A stretch of DNA of 63,895 bases, counting the filler, from Actinomycetota bacterium (GTDB lineage Bacteria; Actinomycetota; Acidimicrobiia; IMCC26256; VFJJ01): the NCBI GenBank assembly GCA_009886115.1. It is 4 parts of 4 records of this genome, joined end to end, with 100 filler letters (N's around TTAATTAATTAA, not from the genome) between each part and the next. Parts side by side here need not be neighbours in the genome. Positions count along the whole stretch, not along the records: positions 1 to 29,381 come from VFJJ01000210.1; 3 more parts are not named here. One strand, given 5' to 3'. Below the pieces are notes generated by a model. It made no database searches. It was not told the DNA's origin and saw only the letters and a program-made list of their open reading frames with translations. The number at the start of each line of letters is the position of its first letter. Position 1 is the stretch's first letter. A program made the translations under genes and the position numbers. This document shows, piece by piece, positions 1 through 9,359 of the stretch.

Positions 1-1821
1 CGGGACCGCCGCCGGCGGCGGCGACAGCGGCGGCGGTGGCGGTGGCGGTGGCGGTGGCGGTGGCGGTGGCGGTGGCGGTGGCGGTGTCACCACCGCGCCG
101 AGGTGGAGCGTGCCGGCACCGATGTCGTCATCGATGCCGGGCAGGCTCCAGGTCGGATCGAGCGCCCGTTCACGTAGGAGAGCGCGCACGCCGTCGACGG
201 AAAGGTTCGGATCGTTGGCCAGGATGACCGCCACGGCACCAGCGACCGCGGGCGCAGCTGCCGACGTGCCTCCGAATCCCCCGCCCTCACAGGCGATGGT
301 CGCGGTCCCGTAGGTGGCTGTGGCCGTCCAGTCGAGGGCGGCGATGTCGGGCTTGGTCCGGCCGTCGATGGACGGTCCTCGCGACGAGAACTCCTCGACG
401 GCGCTGCCGCAATACGCACCGACAGCCACCGCCGACGGTGACGATGCCGGCTCGACGATGCTGCCCGCTGGGGTGGTGAACTCGAGGGCTCCGACATCGG
501 GCACGAACAGGTCGAACCGTGGCGTCGCGATGCCCGAGGCCCGGAAGACCGCGATGTAGACCAGGGCGAACGTCGGCCCGGGGTTGTTGACGGTGAGCCG
601 CTCGGTTGGCGGCTGGCTGCCGTCTTGCACGGTCTCGCTGAACGCCACGAGCTGGAGGCTGGTGTCGTAGAGGTGCAGATCGAGATCGATCGCCGTGGTG
701 GGCCAGGCGTCCCAGCTCAGGAAGATCGTCGAGAGCCCCGGGGCCAGCAACACGCCGTTGCCGTCGTTGGAGGGCGAGAAATCGTGGTACCCGTTGGTCT
801 GGGGGTCGAAGACGGCGCTGTGGTGACGCTCGGCGTAGTTGCCGGCGGCGTTCACCCAGACGATACCGGCGGCCTCGGCCCGGGCCACGGCGTGGTTGGG
901 TGTCCCGGCCGCGCCCGAGCCGTCGCCGCGCGCCGAGTTGAGGAAACCCAACGACATGGTGATCACCCGGATCCTCCGCGCGATGGCATCGTCGACAGCC
1001 ACCTCGAGATCGGTCTGGCTGTCGACGCACACGAGGCGCAGCGCAGCGCCGGGTGCCTGATCGTGCACGATCTCGGCGACGGCGGTGCCGTGATCGGTCT
1101 GGTCGAATCCCCCCGAGCACAGGTTCATGGTGGTGAGGGCGGGCGGGAGGTCGCCACCGGTCTGGCGCAGTGTCGAGCCGGCGAACCCCCCGTCGATGAC
1201 CATCACGGTCTGGCCGGCCCCGATGCGTCCCGCGGCGTGCCAGAGGTCGATGCCCGATGCCGCGACCTGCTCGCCGACGACAGCCTCGAGCTGAGGGGTC
1301 TCGGTGAGCTCGACGAACACGACGTCGGGATCAGCCTCCAGCGCGGCAATGCCGGTGGCCGCTCCCAGCGAAACATCGACCCGATCGCCAGCCCGGGTCC
1401 GCACGATCCCGCCCGACGCGACCACCAGCGCGGCCACGCGATCAGTCTGCCCCGGCCGCGCCGTGATCGTGACCTCGAGCCGGGCCGAGCCCGCGGATGG
1501 CGCTGGTGCAAGCGTCAGATCGCCCGGGATCGAGCCCGGAGCGATCCCACCCGGTACCGGCCCGAGCCTGAGACCGGGCTCCGCGATGTCGGCCAGAGAG
1601 CTCGCCAGCTTCGGGGACGAGTCGTTCCGAGCAGGCGGATCGGCGAGGACCAGACCCTGCTCGACCTCGGCTCCGGCCTGGGCCCGAGCGGTGCCCGTCG
1701 CCATCGACGCCGTCACGAGAGCCAGGGCGAGGACCAGCACCGCGCCCGGCGTCGGGCCGCGAGTCACGGATCGACTCGATCGACGTCTTCGCCGCTGGGC
1801 GCGGCCGGGGTCGGGCACCAT
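1..1821 (-). CDS. Secreted S8 (subtilisin-like) serine protease with poly-Pro linker; 3' end runs off the window
   Basis: Manual minus-strand translation from ATG 1821: signal-like AVLVLALALVTASMATGTARA, VIDGGF (Asp 1192-1194), DHGTAVA (His 1090-1092), NAAGN oxyanion motif, KPDIAA, GGTSAAAP (Ser 262-264), then 19 Pro (28-84). Absent from the ORF track because it has no stop inside the window. Confidence 0.9.
   Translation of the reverse strand, partial: MVPDPGRAQRRRRRSSRSVTRGPTPGAVLVLALALVTASMATGTARAQAGAEVEQGLVLADPPARNDSSPKLASSLADIAEPGLRLGPVPGGIAPGSIPGDLTLAPAPSAGSARLEVTITARPGQTDRVAALVVASGGIVRTRAGDRVDVSLGAATGIAALEADPDVVFVELTETPQLEAVVGEQVAASGIDLWHAAGRIGAGQTVMVIDGGFAGSTLRQTGGDLPPALTTMNLCSGGFDQTDHGTAVAEIVHDQAPGAALRLVCVDSQTDLEVAVDDAIARRIRVITMSLGFLNSARGDGSGAAGTPNHAVARAEAAGIVWVNAAGNYAERHHSAVFDPQTNGYHDFSPSNDGNGVLLAPGLSTIFLSWDAWPTTAIDLDLHLYDTSLQLVAFSETVQDGSQPPTERLTVNNPGPTFALVYIAVFRASGIATPRFDLFVPDVGALEFTTPAGSIVEPASSPSAVAVGAYCGSAVEEFSSRGPSIDGRTKPDIAALDWTATATYGTATIACEGGGFGGTSAAAPAVAGAVAVILANDPNLSVDGVRALLRERALDPTWSLPGIDDDIGAGTLHLGAVVTPPPPPPPPPPPPPPPPPPPLSPPPAAVP
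28..84. repeat. (GGTGGC)n-type tandem repeat encoding a poly-proline linker
   Basis: CGG/TGG triplets read CCG/CCA (Pro) in the protease frame. Confidence 0.9.
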
Positions 1822-1903
1822 CCCATCCTGGCACGTCACCCCGGAACCTCCTCGGCGCCGGGCATTCGGTTGACGACCGTCGGGGGGCCTGGTAACCCTG
1901 GGC

Positions 1904-2704
1904 ATGGTCGAGCTCTGCTACGAGTCCATCCAGTGGTCGCCCTACGTCAGCCCCGACCCACCCGACCTCGTCTCCCAGATCGGCGCGGCCGCCGCAGCTG
2001 GCTTCCCGCTGGTGGGCATCGACATCTGGTCGGTTGCTGCCCATCTCGCTGACGGGGGCCAGCTCGCCGACCTCACCGCCGCGCTGCGCGACCACGACGT
2101 TCGCTGCGGCGAGCTGCAGGCTCTCGTGGTGAGCGACGACGAGGAGGCCACGATCGACTCGGCGCGTCAGATCATCGATGCGGCACTGGTGCTGCAGCCC
2201 CGGTTCGTGATGAGCGGGGCGGCCTCGGCGCTCGACGACGCCACCGTCGCCAACTTCGCCCGGGCGGGCCGCATGGTCAACGATGCCGGGTTCCGGCTCG
2301 GTATCGAATTCCTGCCGACCCTGGCGCTCGACACGATCGCCAAGACCCGCCAGCTCATCGACCAGACCGGCATCGACGCCGGCGTGGTCGTCGACAGCTG
2401 GCACTTCTGCCACGGACCCGACGACTGGGCCGATCTCGAGGCCTTGCCCTGCGACGAGATCGCGTTCGTCCAGTTCGACGATCATCCGGCACTGCTGTCT
2501 GACGACCTCACCCACGAGATGATCCACCGCAGGGTGTTCCCGGGAGAGGGCGTGCTGCCGTTGCGGCGCTTCGTCGACACCTTGCGGGCCAAGGGCTTCG
2601 ACGGGATCGTCGGCGTCGAGATCATCTCCGAGCCCCTGCGAGCTCTGGGCCATCGCGAGTTCGCCCGACGGGCCCACGACACCGCAGCCCCGTTCTGGCG
2701 CTGA
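1904..2704 (+). CDS. Sugar phosphate isomerase/epimerase (xylose-isomerase-like TIM barrel)
   Basis: GIEFLP, VVDSWHF, FVQFDD, RVFPGEG, GVEIIS metal-binding pattern. Confidence 0.8.
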   Translation: MVELCYESIQWSPYVSPDPPDLVSQIGAAAAAGFPLVGIDIWSVAAHLADGGQLADLTAALRDHDVRCGELQALVVSDDEEATIDSARQIIDAALVLQPRFVMSGAASALDDATVANFARAGRMVNDAGFRLGIEFLPTLALDTIAKTRQLIDQTGIDAGVVVDSWHFCHGPDDWADLEALPCDEIAFVQFDDHPALLSDDLTHEMIHRRVFPGEGVLPLRRFVDTLRAKGFDGIVGVEIISEPLRALGHREFARRAHDTAAPFWR

Positions 2705-2807
2705 GGCCGTCAGCTTCGAGCCCGGGTGTGGGCGGGGCCACCCGGCGTCACAGGAGCTCGGCGGCTGCGTCGAGCACCGGGAGGACAGCGTTGCGTCGAG
2801 GGGTCGG

Positions 2808-3218
2808 TCATTGATCCGATCCTTTGGCTGTGATACGGGGGCGAACCGCATCGAGAATCTCCCTGGCGATCGTGATGGCCTTCTGGCCGTCTGCGTGGGT
2901 GGCTTCATCCACGTCGGCCGGGTACCGGCCTTCGATCGACCAGCGAGTCAGCTCGGGAAGCTCGATCCGTACAAAGGCACGGCCCTCGTCGTCTGGTAGA
3001 CGCTGCGCCAATCGGTCGAGATCGTGAAGCTTCGGCGGATCGATGTCGCGCAAGATCAGCAGAGCCTTGAGCGCCTTCTCGGCGGCTTGGTGCGCCCAAA
3101 CGCACGCGCCACGGGCAACCACATCGGGGTCAGCTGCTGTGTGCTCGGCGAGAGCAAGGTCCTCGTCAGCCCAGCGCAACCAACGGCGAGCTATGTCTGT
3201 GCGATCAGGCGACGACAA
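2808..3218 (-). CDS. HEPN domain protein
   Basis: WLRWADEDL...AHQAAEKALKA...KLHDL...RYP; TTG start at 3218 with GGAGG upstream; overlaps the MNT stop. Confidence 0.85.
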   Translation of the reverse strand: MSSPDRTDIARRWLRWADEDLALAEHTAADPDVVARGACVWAHQAAEKALKALLILRDIDPPKLHDLDRLAQRLPDDEGRAFVRIELPELTRWSIEGRYPADVDEATHADGQKAITIAREILDAVRPRITAKGSDQ

Positions 3219-3567
3219 GGACCCTCCCTTCGCGCATCGCGGCGCGCACGACCCCGGGTACGCTCGCTTCTTCGTCGAGGTGCGCCGGGTCGACAACGGT
3301 GATGTCGACCGGCACCGGAAGGTCGCGAAGCTCGTTGAGCACCCGGACCGAGGTGTCATGGCGGCGGCCGACGATCGGCATGACGACGAGCAGGTCGATG
3401 TCTGAGTCCGGGCCGTCGTCGCCGCGTGCGACCGAGCCGTAGAGCACGATGCGGCTGGCGTCGCACCGCTCGACAATTCGGTCAGCGACTCGTGAAGCCC
3501 ATGCGACAAGAGACCGTCCGTCGTACAACACCTTGCCGTCGATCAGCTCCACACGCGGTCGTCCCAT
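3205..3567 (-). CDS. Minimal nucleotidyltransferase (MNT)
   Basis: LYGSVARGDDGPDSDIDLLVV pol-beta NTase motif; internal ATG 3567; in frame with the upstream AbiEi-like region. Confidence 0.85.
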   Translation of the reverse strand: MGRPRVELIDGKVLYDGRSLVAWASRVADRIVERCDASRIVLYGSVARGDDGPDSDIDLLVVMPIVGRRHDTSVRVLNELRDLPVPVDITVVDPAHLDEEASVPGVVRAAMREGRVLVVA

Positions 3568-4071
3568 CGCCCCATTGTCGCGGCAACTCGGCACTGACGC
3601 CCTCGGCGACGACGGCGTTCGGCGCCTATCGCCGGCTTCACGGCTGGCGTGGCCAGCGGTGGTCGTCGGAATGCCATCGACGACAGTGAGGTCGCCGCTC
3701 GCGAGGTCCTCCCGCCAAATCTTGATTCCGTCGAGACCTCGGCGCCGAATCCGCGCCGAGGTTGGAACGGTGAGCTCAATCGTGTCCGGTGGAGTGTCGG
3801 TCGAGCCATGGAGGTAGTCCGATGACGCGTGCGACACGACTGCACCGTGGCCAACCCGCATGACGGCTGCTGCAAGATGGTCGTACTTGTCAATGGGCAA
3901 CTGGGGGATGCGATACAGCCCTCTGCCGCACCGTTCGAGCTGCCCTCGCGCCAGCATGACCGGCAGGCGTGCAGGATCCACTCCGACAGCGGCGGCCGTG
4001 TCGGGCGTGATGAAGCCATGCTGGCCAACGGCGACTTCCAGCAGGCGTGCGAGCGTCGAACCCTCGGGCAT
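3568..4071 (-). CDS. AbiEi-family antitoxin/wHTH regulator segment, probably C-truncated, with no stop before MNT
   Basis: QHGFIT...LERCGRGLYR, AVVSHAS, IELTVP, VVDGIPTT; protein-like sequence decays after ~aa 140. Confidence 0.7.
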
Positions 4072-4375
4072 GCCGAAAACATATCACATAGACATGATTC
4101 TGGCGCAGCCTGCAACTCCAGCCTGATGGAACATCAGCCTCACGGATTCCAGTGGACCAGCCTGCGCTGGAACAGCGGAGTCATCTGGACCTGCCTGCAG
4201 GCGAACCAGGGAGTGACCTCGACGGGGACTGGGACTTCGTCTTCGCTCGGAGTAGCGCTCGAGTCGGCTTCGTCAGTGATGATCCCCACCCCGTTCCATC
4301 AGTCGCTGGTCTGCGGAGTAGCCCAGCCTAGACCGGGGGTGTGCGCCGCTCCGCTGGAACCGGCCGTCCCTGAAC

Positions 4376-4405
4376 GCGAAAAGACCCCAGCTGAGCTGGG
4401 GTCTT
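4376..4405 (-). terminator. Intrinsic terminator
   Basis: AAGACCCCAGC-TGA-GCTGGGGTCTT perfect hairpin (4381-4405) ending in a short T run on the minus strand. Confidence 0.7.
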
Positions 4406-4408
4406 CCA

Positions 4409-4430
4409 GTGGGCGAGGGGGGACGTGAAC
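4409..4430 (-). other. tRNA 3'-end fragment (T-loop plus acceptor strand), possible att scar
   Basis: Minus strand GTTCACGTCCCCCCTCGCCCAC resembles actinobacterial tRNA-Leu 3' ends; the rest of the tRNA is absent. Confidence 0.55.
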
Positions 4431-4445
4431 ATCTACGGTCGCCGC

Positions 4446-4967
4446 ATGACCGACGCTCCCGCTCCCGAAGATTCGACGCCCGAGACCGACGCCCCGACCC
4501 CCGACAAGAGCCTGCCGACACCGCCCACGAAGCCCATCCCCGACTCGGTGCACGACATCCTCGACGATCTGCCGACGGGATACCTCGCCACGATGCGACC
4601 CGACGGCAGCATCTCGGTGACGCCCATGGCGGTGATGTTCGACGGGACGCATGTGCGCCTGAGCACGATCACGTCGAGGAAGAAGCATCGCAACCTCACC
4701 CTCGACGAGCGGGCAACCGTGTGCGTCCCCCATCGCAACAACCCCAACCGCTACGTGGAGATCAGGGGACGCGCCGTGCTGAGCGACGATTCCGATCGCA
4801 CGTTCATCGACAGCTTGGCCAAGAAGTACATGGGGGTCGACACCTACCCGTTCGACCGGAGTCGCGACGAGCGAGTGACCATCACCATCGCTGCGGAGCA
4901 TGTGTCGTCCCCCGACATCCCCCTCGCCGACGATCCACCCCAGAAACCCGACCCACGACCGAGCTGA
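4446..4967 (+). CDS. PPOX-class F420-dependent oxidoreductase
   Basis: YLATMRPDG, KHRNL..D.R, YVEIRG, DSLAKKYMG. Confidence 0.85.
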   Translation: MTDAPAPEDSTPETDAPTPDKSLPTPPTKPIPDSVHDILDDLPTGYLATMRPDGSISVTPMAVMFDGTHVRLSTITSRKKHRNLTLDERATVCVPHRNNPNRYVEIRGRAVLSDDSDRTFIDSLAKKYMGVDTYPFDRSRDERVTITIAAEHVSSPDIPLADDPPQKPDPRPS

Positions 4968-5000
4968 CCCCGGCCGCCCACCCACACGCACACACCCGCC

Positions 5001-5047
5001 AAATGTGCGCGGAATTGCTCACGGGGTGAGCGTTTCCGCGCACATTT
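5001..5047. repeat. Long palindrome (REP-like or bidirectional terminator) between convergent genes
   Basis: AAATGTGCGCGGAA (5001-5014) pairs with TTCCGCGCACATTT (5034-5047); inner GCTCAC/GTGAGC stem. Confidence 0.75.
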
Positions 5048-5774
5048 CGGTGGTTGGGACGCGTCCGATGGCCACGACCGACAGGCCGAAGGGCAGCGAG
5101 TGGGCGCGGAGCCAACGCTGCTCGATCCGAGCCAACCGGGGCAGGATCCCGCCCAGACCGCTCTCGGCCCGATCGAGGTCGGACGACGTGCGGCCTCGCT
5201 CCAGCACAGCTTTCACAGCAGCCGGCGGGACGAGGAACGAGTAGGCGCCGCTCGAGCGGACGACCTCGCAGCCGGCCTGCGCCACAAGCCCGGCGAGATC
5301 GCGCCGCGAGAAGCGCCGGCCGGTGTGCGTCACCCGGTCGTGGGCCCGGCGCAGGGCGCGAACCCCGGGCTCGAGGAGCGCGACCACGCCACCCGGACGC
5401 ACCACACGGGCCAGCTCGCGCACGGCGACGACCGGATCGGCGATGGAACGGTGACAGAGCACCGTCACGCACAGCGCGGCATCGAACGCACCGTCGGCGA
5501 ACGGCAGCCGTTGCACATCGGCTGCGGCCATCCCGATGCCGGGGTGCTGCTCGCGCAGGAGCTCGAGCGCGAGGGGCTCGAAGTCGAGCGCGACGACCGA
5601 TCCGTGGTCGGCCATCCAGGCCCCGGTGGCTCCGGTGCCCGCGCCGGCGTCGAGGAAGCGGCCGCCCGCTGGCAGCCTGTCCCCGACGAGCGACCGGAGC
5701 AGCTCGCGGGTGGTGCCGTACCACCAGTGCGATTCCTCCACCGCCGCCATGCGCCGGTACTCGTCACGCTCCAC
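5019..5774 (-). CDS. Class I SAM-dependent methyltransferase
   Basis: EESHWWY, FLDAGAGTG, LPFADGAFD, ELARVVRPGG. Confidence 0.85.
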   Translation of the reverse strand: MERDEYRRMAAVEESHWWYGTTRELLRSLVGDRLPAGGRFLDAGAGTGATGAWMADHGSVVALDFEPLALELLREQHPGIGMAAADVQRLPFADGAFDAALCVTVLCHRSIADPVVAVRELARVVRPGGVVALLEPGVRALRRAHDRVTHTGRRFSRRDLAGLVAQAGCEVVRSSGAYSFLVPPAAVKAVLERGRTSSDLDRAESGLGGILPRLARIEQRWLRAHSLPFGLSVVAIGRVPTTEMCAETLTP

Positions 5775-5898
5775 GGGCGCTCCATCTCATGGCCCGGTGT
5801 CGCGGCCTGGTGTCGTGGCCTGGTGTCGCTGAATCCGACGGTGCCGTCCCGCCTACGATCGGGACGATTCGTGCCGGCGGCCGTCAGATCGGGGTGAG

Positions 5899-7197
5899 GT
5901 GATGGCGAGCGAGCCTAGGGGGATCACCACGCTCGACTCCGACGTTTCCGACGTTTCCGACGCCTCCGCGCCGACGCGTCCGGGGGCGTCGACCGCCGAC
6001 GCCGAGTTCCCCGGCGCAGCGACCGGAGACCCCGTCGAGGCCCCGGTCGCCCCGACGCTCCGAGCTTCGATCCGCACCGCGTGGGTTCCATGGCTGCTCT
6101 CGCGGATCGTCGTCGACGTGGCCATGATCGCCAGCATCTCGCACGTGTGGAGCAACTTCGAGCTTCGCTACCGCGGGTTCGTCATCTTCGACTTCGGCTG
6201 GTACCACCGCATCGCGGTCGAGGGCTACGGTCCGGCGCCCACGGGAGGCGACGAGCAGACACCGTGGCCCTTCTTCCCGCTGTACCCCGGCGTGTTGAAG
6301 CTGGGCCGGGCCGCGGGGTTCAACGACCAGATCGTCGGCGTGCTCGTCAACCACGTCGTGCTGCTGCTCGCGCTGGCCGGGCTGCACCGGATCACGGCGC
6401 GCCTCGCCGGCGCCGACGCGGCCCGCTGGGCGGTGTGGGCCTTGGCCTGCTTCCCGGCTTCGTTCGTGTTCTCGATGGGCTACCCGTCGGCGATCTTCCT
6501 GTGCGCGTCGGTGTGGGCGTTCACCTTCGTCGACGAACGGCGATTCGCTGCGGCCGGCTGGTGCGCCGCCGTCGCGGCACTCATCCGCCCGAACGGGTTC
6601 CTCGTGGCCGCGACGATCGGCCTGGGGCTCGTGGCCCAGCCCTGGTGGCCGAGCTGGTCGCGATCCGACGGAGATACGACCGCCAGCCGATCGACCGTGC
6701 AGCCAACCAGCCGATCGACCGTCCGATCGACGATCCGGCCGCTCGTGCTGACGGTCGGGCCCGCGGCGGCGGGTGTCGCGACGTGGCTCGGGTACCTCTG
6801 GCACCGCACCGGCGATCCGTTCGTGTTCATCGCGGCCAAGGGTGCGTGGGACGAGATCTCGATCGTCGAGGCGCTCACCAGGGCCTACGCCAAGTTCGTC
6901 GGGGCTCATCTCGCGCTCGGCGTCGCCGCCCTCGGGGTGGTCGCCGTCGCAGCGCTCACCCGACGGGGTCTGCCCTGGCCCTGGATCGTGTTCACAGCGG
7001 CGTATCTGCTTCCGCCCTTCGCCGTCGGCCTCGTGGGGATGGGTCGGTACTCCAACGAATGCTTCGTCCCGTTCGTCGCCGCCGGGATCTTCATGGCCCG
7101 CTGGCGCAGACCTGTCGTGATCGCACTGCTCGTCTGTGGTAGCGCGCTCAGTGCTGTCTACGCTGTGCAGGTCGTCCGCTACCTCTGGACGCCCTGA
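5899..7197 (+). CDS. GT-C membrane glycosyltransferase (PIG-V/mannosyltransferase-like)
   Basis: FDFGWYHRIAVEGY, FFPLYP, FPASFVFSMGY, RPNG, GMGRY; many TM segments. Confidence 0.8.
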   Translation: MMASEPRGITTLDSDVSDVSDASAPTRPGASTADAEFPGAATGDPVEAPVAPTLRASIRTAWVPWLLSRIVVDVAMIASISHVWSNFELRYRGFVIFDFGWYHRIAVEGYGPAPTGGDEQTPWPFFPLYPGVLKLGRAAGFNDQIVGVLVNHVVLLLALAGLHRITARLAGADAARWAVWALACFPASFVFSMGYPSAIFLCASVWAFTFVDERRFAAAGWCAAVAALIRPNGFLVAATIGLGLVAQPWWPSWSRSDGDTTASRSTVQPTSRSTVRSTIRPLVLTVGPAAAGVATWLGYLWHRTGDPFVFIAAKGAWDEISIVEALTRAYAKFVGAHLALGVAALGVVAVAALTRRGLPWPWIVFTAAYLLPPFAVGLVGMGRYSNECFVPFVAAGIFMARWRRPVVIALLVCGSALSAVYAVQVVRYLWTP

Positions 7198-7265
7198 CCG
7201 TCGAGCACCGACGGTGAGGTCGGCATCGCAGCTCGCCCGCACCATTCGGCCCGGGGTGGATATCC

Positions 7266-8264
7266 ATGCTCGAACACGATCTGTCGGCGTTCTCAGGCGC
7301 ACGGTGCGTGGTCACCGGCGGCTTGGGGTTCATCGGTTCGAACCTGGCTCGCGCGCTCGCGGAGGCCGGTGCGGTCGTCGTCGTCGTCGACGCCCTCGTC
7401 CCCCAGCACGGCGGCGACCACCGCAACCTCCAGGGCTGCGGTGCACCCGTCGACGTCGTGCTCGCGGACATCGGCGACGCCCAGGCCGTGGCCCCCGTCG
7501 TCGCTCGGGCCGAGTACGTGTTCAACGTCGCCGGCCAGGTGAGCCATCTCGCATCGATGGAGGACCCGGTCCGCGACCTCGATCTGAACGCCCGATCGAA
7601 CCTGGCGTTCCTCGAGACGATGCGCAAGGTCAACCCCGACGCGGTGATCGTCCACACCTCCACCCGCCAGGTCTACGGCCGACCTCGGTACCTCCCCGTC
7701 GACGAGGAGCATCCCACCACGCCGGTCGACGTCAACGGCATCAGCAAGCTCGCGGCCGAGCAGGCCCACCTCATCTACGCCCGCACGCACGGGCTGCGGG
7801 CGTGCGCCCTGCGCCTCACCAACGTGTACGGGCCCCGGCAGCGGCTCCGGGGCGACGACAGCGGATTCCTGCCGTCGTTCGTGCGGCGTGCGCTGCTCGA
7901 CGAGCCGATCACGCTCTACGGCGACGGGCTCCAGTTCCGCGACTGCCTCCACGTCGACGACGTGGTCGTGGCCATCACCGCCGCCGCGCTGTGCACCCAC
8001 GCGACGGGCGAGGTGTTCAACCTGGGCCATCCCGAGTACCCATCGCTCCGCGAAGTCGCCGGCATCATCATCGATGCTGCTGGATCCGGATCGCTCGTGA
8101 CCGTCGACTGGCCTCCCGAGCGCAAGCGCATCGACATCGGGAGCTATCGGGGTGACGCGTCGAAGGCCAAGCAGTTCCTCGACTGGGTGCCCGTGGTGAA
8201 CCTGGCCGAGGGGATGGTCGACACCCTGTCGTACTACCGCCGCCATCTGTCGTGGTACCTGTGA
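7266..8264 (+). CDS. NAD-dependent nucleotide-sugar epimerase/dehydratase
   Basis: TGGLGFIG, STRQVYG, NGISKLA, TNVYGPRQ, RDCLHVDD. Confidence 0.9.
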   Translation: MLEHDLSAFSGARCVVTGGLGFIGSNLARALAEAGAVVVVVDALVPQHGGDHRNLQGCGAPVDVVLADIGDAQAVAPVVARAEYVFNVAGQVSHLASMEDPVRDLDLNARSNLAFLETMRKVNPDAVIVHTSTRQVYGRPRYLPVDEEHPTTPVDVNGISKLAAEQAHLIYARTHGLRACALRLTNVYGPRQRLRGDDSGFLPSFVRRALLDEPITLYGDGLQFRDCLHVDDVVVAITAAALCTHATGEVFNLGHPEYPSLREVAGIIIDAAGSGSLVTVDWPPERKRIDIGSYRGDASKAKQFLDWVPVVNLAEGMVDTLSYYRRHLSWYL

Positions 8265-9355
8265 CGGGCAGCCGCAGCCCCGTCCCGTTCGTCGACCTCA
8301 CGAGGATCTCAGGAGCCGCTCGATCGCAGATCCACGACGCGCTCGATCGGGTCCTGCGGTCGGGTCAGATGCTGCTGGGCCCCGAGACGCTGGCGTTCGA
8401 GACCGAGCTTGCGGCCGAGGCCGGTGCGGCCAGCGCAGTTGCGGTGTCGTCGGGCACCGAGGCGCTGCGTCTGACGATGGCCGCCCTCGGGATCGGTCCC
8501 GGTGACGAGGTGGTCGTTCCGGCCATGACCGCCGTGCCCACGGCGGCGGCCGTCACCGCCGTCGGTGCGGTTCCGGTGCCGGCTGATGTCGACGCCGACA
8601 CGGCACTGCTCGATCCGGGCTCGGTCAAGGCGGTGCTCAGCGATTCGACGAAGGCGATCGTGCCGGTGCACCTCTACGGCCGACCGGCCGACGTGGGGCC
8701 GTTCTTGGAGCTCGGCGTCAACGTGATCGAGGACGCGGCCCAAGCCCATGGCGCCGTGAGCCCCGAATCGGGCTCGGCTGCGGTGTGCTACAGCTTCTAC
8801 CCCACCAAGAACCTCGGAGGCATCGGCGACGGCGGGGCCGTGGTCACCGACGATCCGGCCCTCGACAGAGAGATCCGCTTGCTGCGGGCCCACGGCGTCG
8901 ACCCCACCGGTCCGCCGTACCATCACGTCCGGGTCGCGACCAACGCTCGGATGTCGGAGCTCGAGGCGGCCGTGCTCAGGCTGCGTCTCGCCGGTCTCTC
9001 GCACGAGAACCGGCGCCGACGCGAGATCACGGCCCGCTACCGCGACGCCGCCCCCTCACTGTGGTGGCCACCCGAGCACGACCGCCACGTGAACCATCTC
9101 TGCGTGCTCCGCGTCACCGACGGGCGCCGCGACGAATTCAGAGAAGCCATGTCGCCGAGCTTCGCGACGGCGGTGCACTATCCCAGGGCGCTCACCGACC
9201 AGCCGGCCTACCGGGTGTTCACGCGCGTGCCCTGTCCGAACGCCGAGGCCTGGGCCCGCGAAGTCGTGAGCCTGCCCTGCCACGGTGGCCTGCGCGACGA
9301 CGAGGTCGACCGTGTGTGCGAGGCCCTCACCGGCTGGGCCGCCGGAGCGGCGTGA
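8261..9355 (+). CDS. DegT/DnrJ/EryC1/StrS PLP sugar aminotransferase
   Basis: SGTEAL, PVHLYG, IEDAAQAHG, SFYPTKNLGGIGDGG; GTGA overlap with the upstream stop. Confidence 0.92.
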   Translation: MTGSRSPVPFVDLTRISGAARSQIHDALDRVLRSGQMLLGPETLAFETELAAEAGAASAVAVSSGTEALRLTMAALGIGPGDEVVVPAMTAVPTAAAVTAVGAVPVPADVDADTALLDPGSVKAVLSDSTKAIVPVHLYGRPADVGPFLELGVNVIEDAAQAHGAVSPESGSAAVCYSFYPTKNLGGIGDGGAVVTDDPALDREIRLLRAHGVDPTGPPYHHVRVATNARMSELEAAVLRLRLAGLSHENRRRREITARYRDAAPSLWWPPEHDRHVNHLCVLRVTDGRRDEFREAMSPSFATAVHYPRALTDQPAYRVFTRVPCPNAEAWAREVVSLPCHGGLRDDEVDRVCEALTGWAAGAA

Positions 9356-9359
9356 TCCG

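Noticed and set aside
36..227. Plus-strand poly-(Ala-Val) ORF
   Set aside because: Antisense reading of the protease poly-Pro repeat
4409..4430. Intact tRNA gene
   Set aside because: Only the T-loop and 3' acceptor strand are present; no D or anticodon arm follows
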